A DNA stretch of 64,000 nt, taken from positions 39,370,001-39,434,000 of the forward strand of contig OZ287751.1 in assembly GCA_965649765.1 (NCBI GenBank), given 5' to 3'. Each line of letters begins with the position of its first letter. The stretch's first letter is position 1. Below, piece by piece: positions 60,446 to 64,000 of the stretch. Under the pieces are notes generated by a model. The model had not been told where the DNA came from. It did no database searches and worked only from the letters and a program-made list of their open reading frames with translations. The stretch is from Bispira polyomma. Lineage: Eukaryota. Made by a program: the position numbers and the translations under genes.

Positions 60446-63415
60446 CTAAACCCCTATCATATACTGATATAGCTGTTTGTCACTAGGTTTCATGAAGCCT
60501 TTCGATTTCTTCTTGTAATAATCTAACACGGCTGGAGATTTCTTTGCTTTTCTACTCGTTTTAGCCGAATTACTACTTCCCTCTGGTGTAGAAGACTTTG
60601 TTGCACTGCCTTTGTTTAGACAGTTCACACTGTCTTCCTGTCTATCAAGTACAGTCACATCGTATGTGCTGCTTTCTGTTTCTTTACGTATCTGTGCTAA
60701 GGTAGAGTCAATCAGTGCAGAAGAGTTCTGTACTACTGTATTCACACCCAGGTGCTGTGTACTTTCTTCACCACCCCCATCAACACTGTCACTTTCTGAC
60801 ACCCTCTTCCTCTTACGGGTGAACTTCTTACCAACCGTTCCTACCAAGGAGGAATACCTGTGGGAAGAAAAACAACAATCAAGGAACTGACTTTATATAC
60901 AAGTTGATCTCAGCATAATTTGATCCTTTTGAGCCAATATACAGTAAAACTTGTATGTAAAGACCAGCCAAGGGATCCCTCAAAAGTGGTCTTTCTTAAC
61001 AGGTGGTCTTTCTAGTATACAGGTTGAATAAAGTTAAATATTAGGCGTGGGAAATGAGAGTGTGGTCTTTATACAGAGGTGGTCTCTCGGGCAGATTTGA
61101 CCGTTTATATATACATGTATAGATAGGTACAATGTATAAGGAGAACCTCTATTATCCATACATCTGGTGAGAACTAGATTTTGTTTGTATAATAGAAGCT
61201 TCATAAACTATTGATAAGGAAATATTAGCACAAAAATAGATGGAGAAACATAACCTAGGAGAGTGAAAAATCACAGGTATTATGTATGACTACATGTTGT
61301 GAACAAGATGAGAACAGGCCGCTTTATTAGGCAATGAGCTCAGACTGCGCATGCGCCGACAATATTACTGACAAGGACACAGTCGCTATAGAGTCCCTCT
61401 TCAGTGGGCGATAATACAAATTCTATTGACCAACTTTTATGACCAAATCCGATTCTGTGGTAGCAGTATATAAATAGAAACTAACCTTTGCAAAGGTCAT
61501 TTTATATAATCCTAACAACAATAAAGGTTGTTGTATCTTCACATATTTTACTGCATATTACTGGGCGAACTTCAAATATATAACGATAAGAAATCATTTC
61601 TAAGTCCACGTATATGTTTCAACTGGCGACTGTTTTTATTTTTTTTTAGTAACAAAACTATACCTTTGCAAATGTGATTTAATCCTAACAACAATGAAGG
61701 TTGTGGCTTCACACTATATTATTATATAGCAAATGTTATAGATATAAGCAATTGTTTTAAATTTTTCCTTTTGCACCGACTACTACCTACTGTATCAATA
61801 ATGGATAATACACAGATTTCCCGCGACAATAAAATACCAATAACTGCCACATAGAAGTCACAGTAAAATATGTATGTATAATATATAGACTACTATCTCA
61901 GGAAGGTTCTAGCTACATCTAGTGTCTTGAGGATCTAGATAAACCATGAGGATCTGGGTTTCGTGAGTCAGAACGTAGTCTTTTGCGTCTTTGTGAGAAT
62001 AAATTACCAAGAGGACATTGATCGCATCACTGCCAATTTTCGAAAGATCATGCGTCTTTACTCCGTACTCTAATTTCATTCACAAAAACAACGAAAGCTA
62101 CCCATTAATGAATTAGCTGTTCCGAAGAAACGTGAGTCATTAAGCTCACTTAATTTATTCCATGAAGACGGAAAATTATGTGGAAACTGAAGAACCAGAA
62201 ATGGGCGGTTATGGACCCTTCAAATGATCCCTAAAACAGAAAAATGGTGGTTTCTCCTTTTTTTCTAACTGTATTAACGTCTTCGTCTTTGAAACTGACC
62301 CAATATGTTTGCCAAATATGAAAGCTATAATCCTTGTAAATTCTGAGATTACGTTGTCCCAAAATTGTTGCCATGCTAACGACCACCAGAAGCATAATAA
62401 CATATTAGGTGTGATAATCGCCTCATTTTAAAACTGTTTTAATGTAATATTGGGCAAGGAAAAATCATAGCAGAGATATTGGTTGTTTTTTCATGAGGCC
62501 TTAAAATTTCAAGATTTTAAAAGTTAAACTGTAATTAATGAGATATTATAAACTGTGTACTAAAGCAGATGAGCTCTATCTTGCTCCATCTTACACTGTT
62601 TTTAAGATATTTTAAAAATTTGCAAAAATTCAAGATAGCTGCCAAATTAAAACATTTTCAAAAGTTGACTTTTACAAAACGATAAATCCTAAGCGTCCAA
62701 AAATCAACTCAAATTCGCTGTGTTGCCGTGTTTTCGAGATATGACACATTGTTGGAAAATTGACAAAATTTTAAAATGGTCGTCATGGTAAAACATGCAT
62801 CAGCTATTTAGGCAATTTTTATTAAGGATATCAGAGCCACGTGTTAACCTGTGAATGTTTCATAACATTGGGTCAGCAGTTTATGAGAAAATAAGGCGAC
62901 AAGCAAGTTTAAAGAAAAAAAAAATTTTTTTTTGTTTCAAGTGATCCTCAGAAAAGTTGAAGGTTAAAATGAGGTGTTTATTTCTAGGGGTGTTGTATAA
63001 GTTTGGCCAAACTGAAAAAAATCTGAGTAATAGTAAATAAGTGTTTCAAGAGAAACTCAGTCGGGGGAGCCAGAAGAAAACCTGTGTGAAAACAAGGGGT
63101 AATACAGTGCTCCCCTCAAGTCTTATAGCTTATGTTCAGACTATGCATGTTACCTTGTTGCCATTTCTACATCACTAACACCCAGTTCTTTCTCTCTCTC
63201 TTCTGCCTCAGCTAAGTCATGTTCTGAATTTTTCAATTTCATCAGTTTCTGTAAATGGTAAAAAAATTAAAAACAAAACATAAATCATTATCAATAATAT
63301 TAAACATAAATTTGCATTCTTTGACTCATTTATAAGTACAAACATTGTTTACCTCAAAGTTATAACCAGAAACTAAAGCACAAAGATTCCATGTGAATTT
63401 AACAATGGTATACAT
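60446..63415 (-). CDS. 3' part of an unidentified gene; exons 63353-63415, 63154-63248, 60446-60857; begins beyond the window
   Basis: Phase-consistent GT-AG splicing gives MYTIVKFTWNLCALVSGYNFE|KLMKLKNSEHDLAEAEEREKELGVSDVEMAT|RYSSLVGTVGKKFTRKRKRVSES...KKKSKGFMKPSDKQLYQYMIGV*, with NLS-like basic clusters. Confidence 0.75.
60940..61105. mobile_element. Tc1/mariner-type MITE
   Basis: tacagtaaaacttgt..aagacca at left, gtggtctctcgggcagatttgaccgt at right, repeated gtggtctt motifs. Confidence 0.6.
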
Positions 63416-64000
63416 CTAAAATAACATAATTAACAGAAGCTCTAACCCGCTCTGACATAACCCCCTCTCTCTTTTTACATAATAGGACAAAACCCCCTGG
63501 TTTACTTTTATTCACAGTAGTTTTCCTTAAAAAGTGAGGTAATAATTTTACTTCGGCAGCCACGGTGGCCATCTTGTTCTTCTGAATGGCCTCATAGTCA
63601 ATCCCAAGAAAGCTATACCCATGATGAACACATGTATTAAACTTGCCGATATCAGCAGCAGTTGTCCTTCCAATAAACGGAACTTTTATTACATTGGCAG
63701 CCACAACGAACATCTTTCTATTTCGTAATAGCCTCAAAATAAATCCCAAGCAAGCTATAACCATGATGAATCCATATGTTAAATTTGATGATCAAATCTG
63801 CAGTAGTTTTTCTTTGAGTGATCAGAAACTTTGATTCTACTAGCTCAGTCACCCAGTTTTACAAACTGATTGGAGTGGAAAAGATAAGCCCAGAAATATG
63901 ATTACATTCGAAACTGCAATAACCCCATTTCAATGGTTTTGTAGAAAAGAAAAACAAACCTCTATGTCAGGGTTGAAGTTTCTAAAAGCCATTCGTCCAA

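Noticed and set aside
62420-63834. ORFs 63399..63764 and 63643..63834, and caagatggctgcc-type segments (also 25020-25970)
   Set aside because: They look like common non-coding interspersed repeats within introns; boundaries and family cannot be defined by eye.

Overview
AT-rich eukaryotic genomic DNA with GT-AG introns, SINEs and LINEs, probably from a marine invertebrate (likely a mollusc or other lophotrochozoan; the taxon is inferred). All recognisable genes are on the minus strand. (1) A 7-exon gene at 17380->5162 encodes a predicted 474-aa protein with a signal peptide and about 31 cysteine-free DxDxDG[IV]xD (thrombospondin type-3-like) motifs. Its C-terminal KDEL forms only after splicing (K|DEL*), making it a candidate high-capacity ER/SR Ca2+ buffer; it includes a candidate 9-nt microexon. 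(2) Two intact tandem paralogs (27605->24524 and 39253->29643) encode a 102-aa secreted, six-cysteine protein resembling a stand-alone bacterial-type SH3 (SH3b) domain. (3) A structurally complete but degenerate ~7.15-kb tyrosine-recombinase retrotransposon (Ngaro/PAT-type split direct repeats) lies in intron 1 of the second paralog, inside the tRNA-like head of a SINE. (4) A ~14-kb non-coding element with imperfect TIRs sits in a (TA)n tract and holds three satellite arrays (52, 186 and 44 bp). (5) The last three exons of an unidentified gene lie at the right end. The rest is LINE fragments, SINEs, MITEs and local duplications. Exon structures were derived by hand from splice signals and reading-frame continuity; no transcript data were available.
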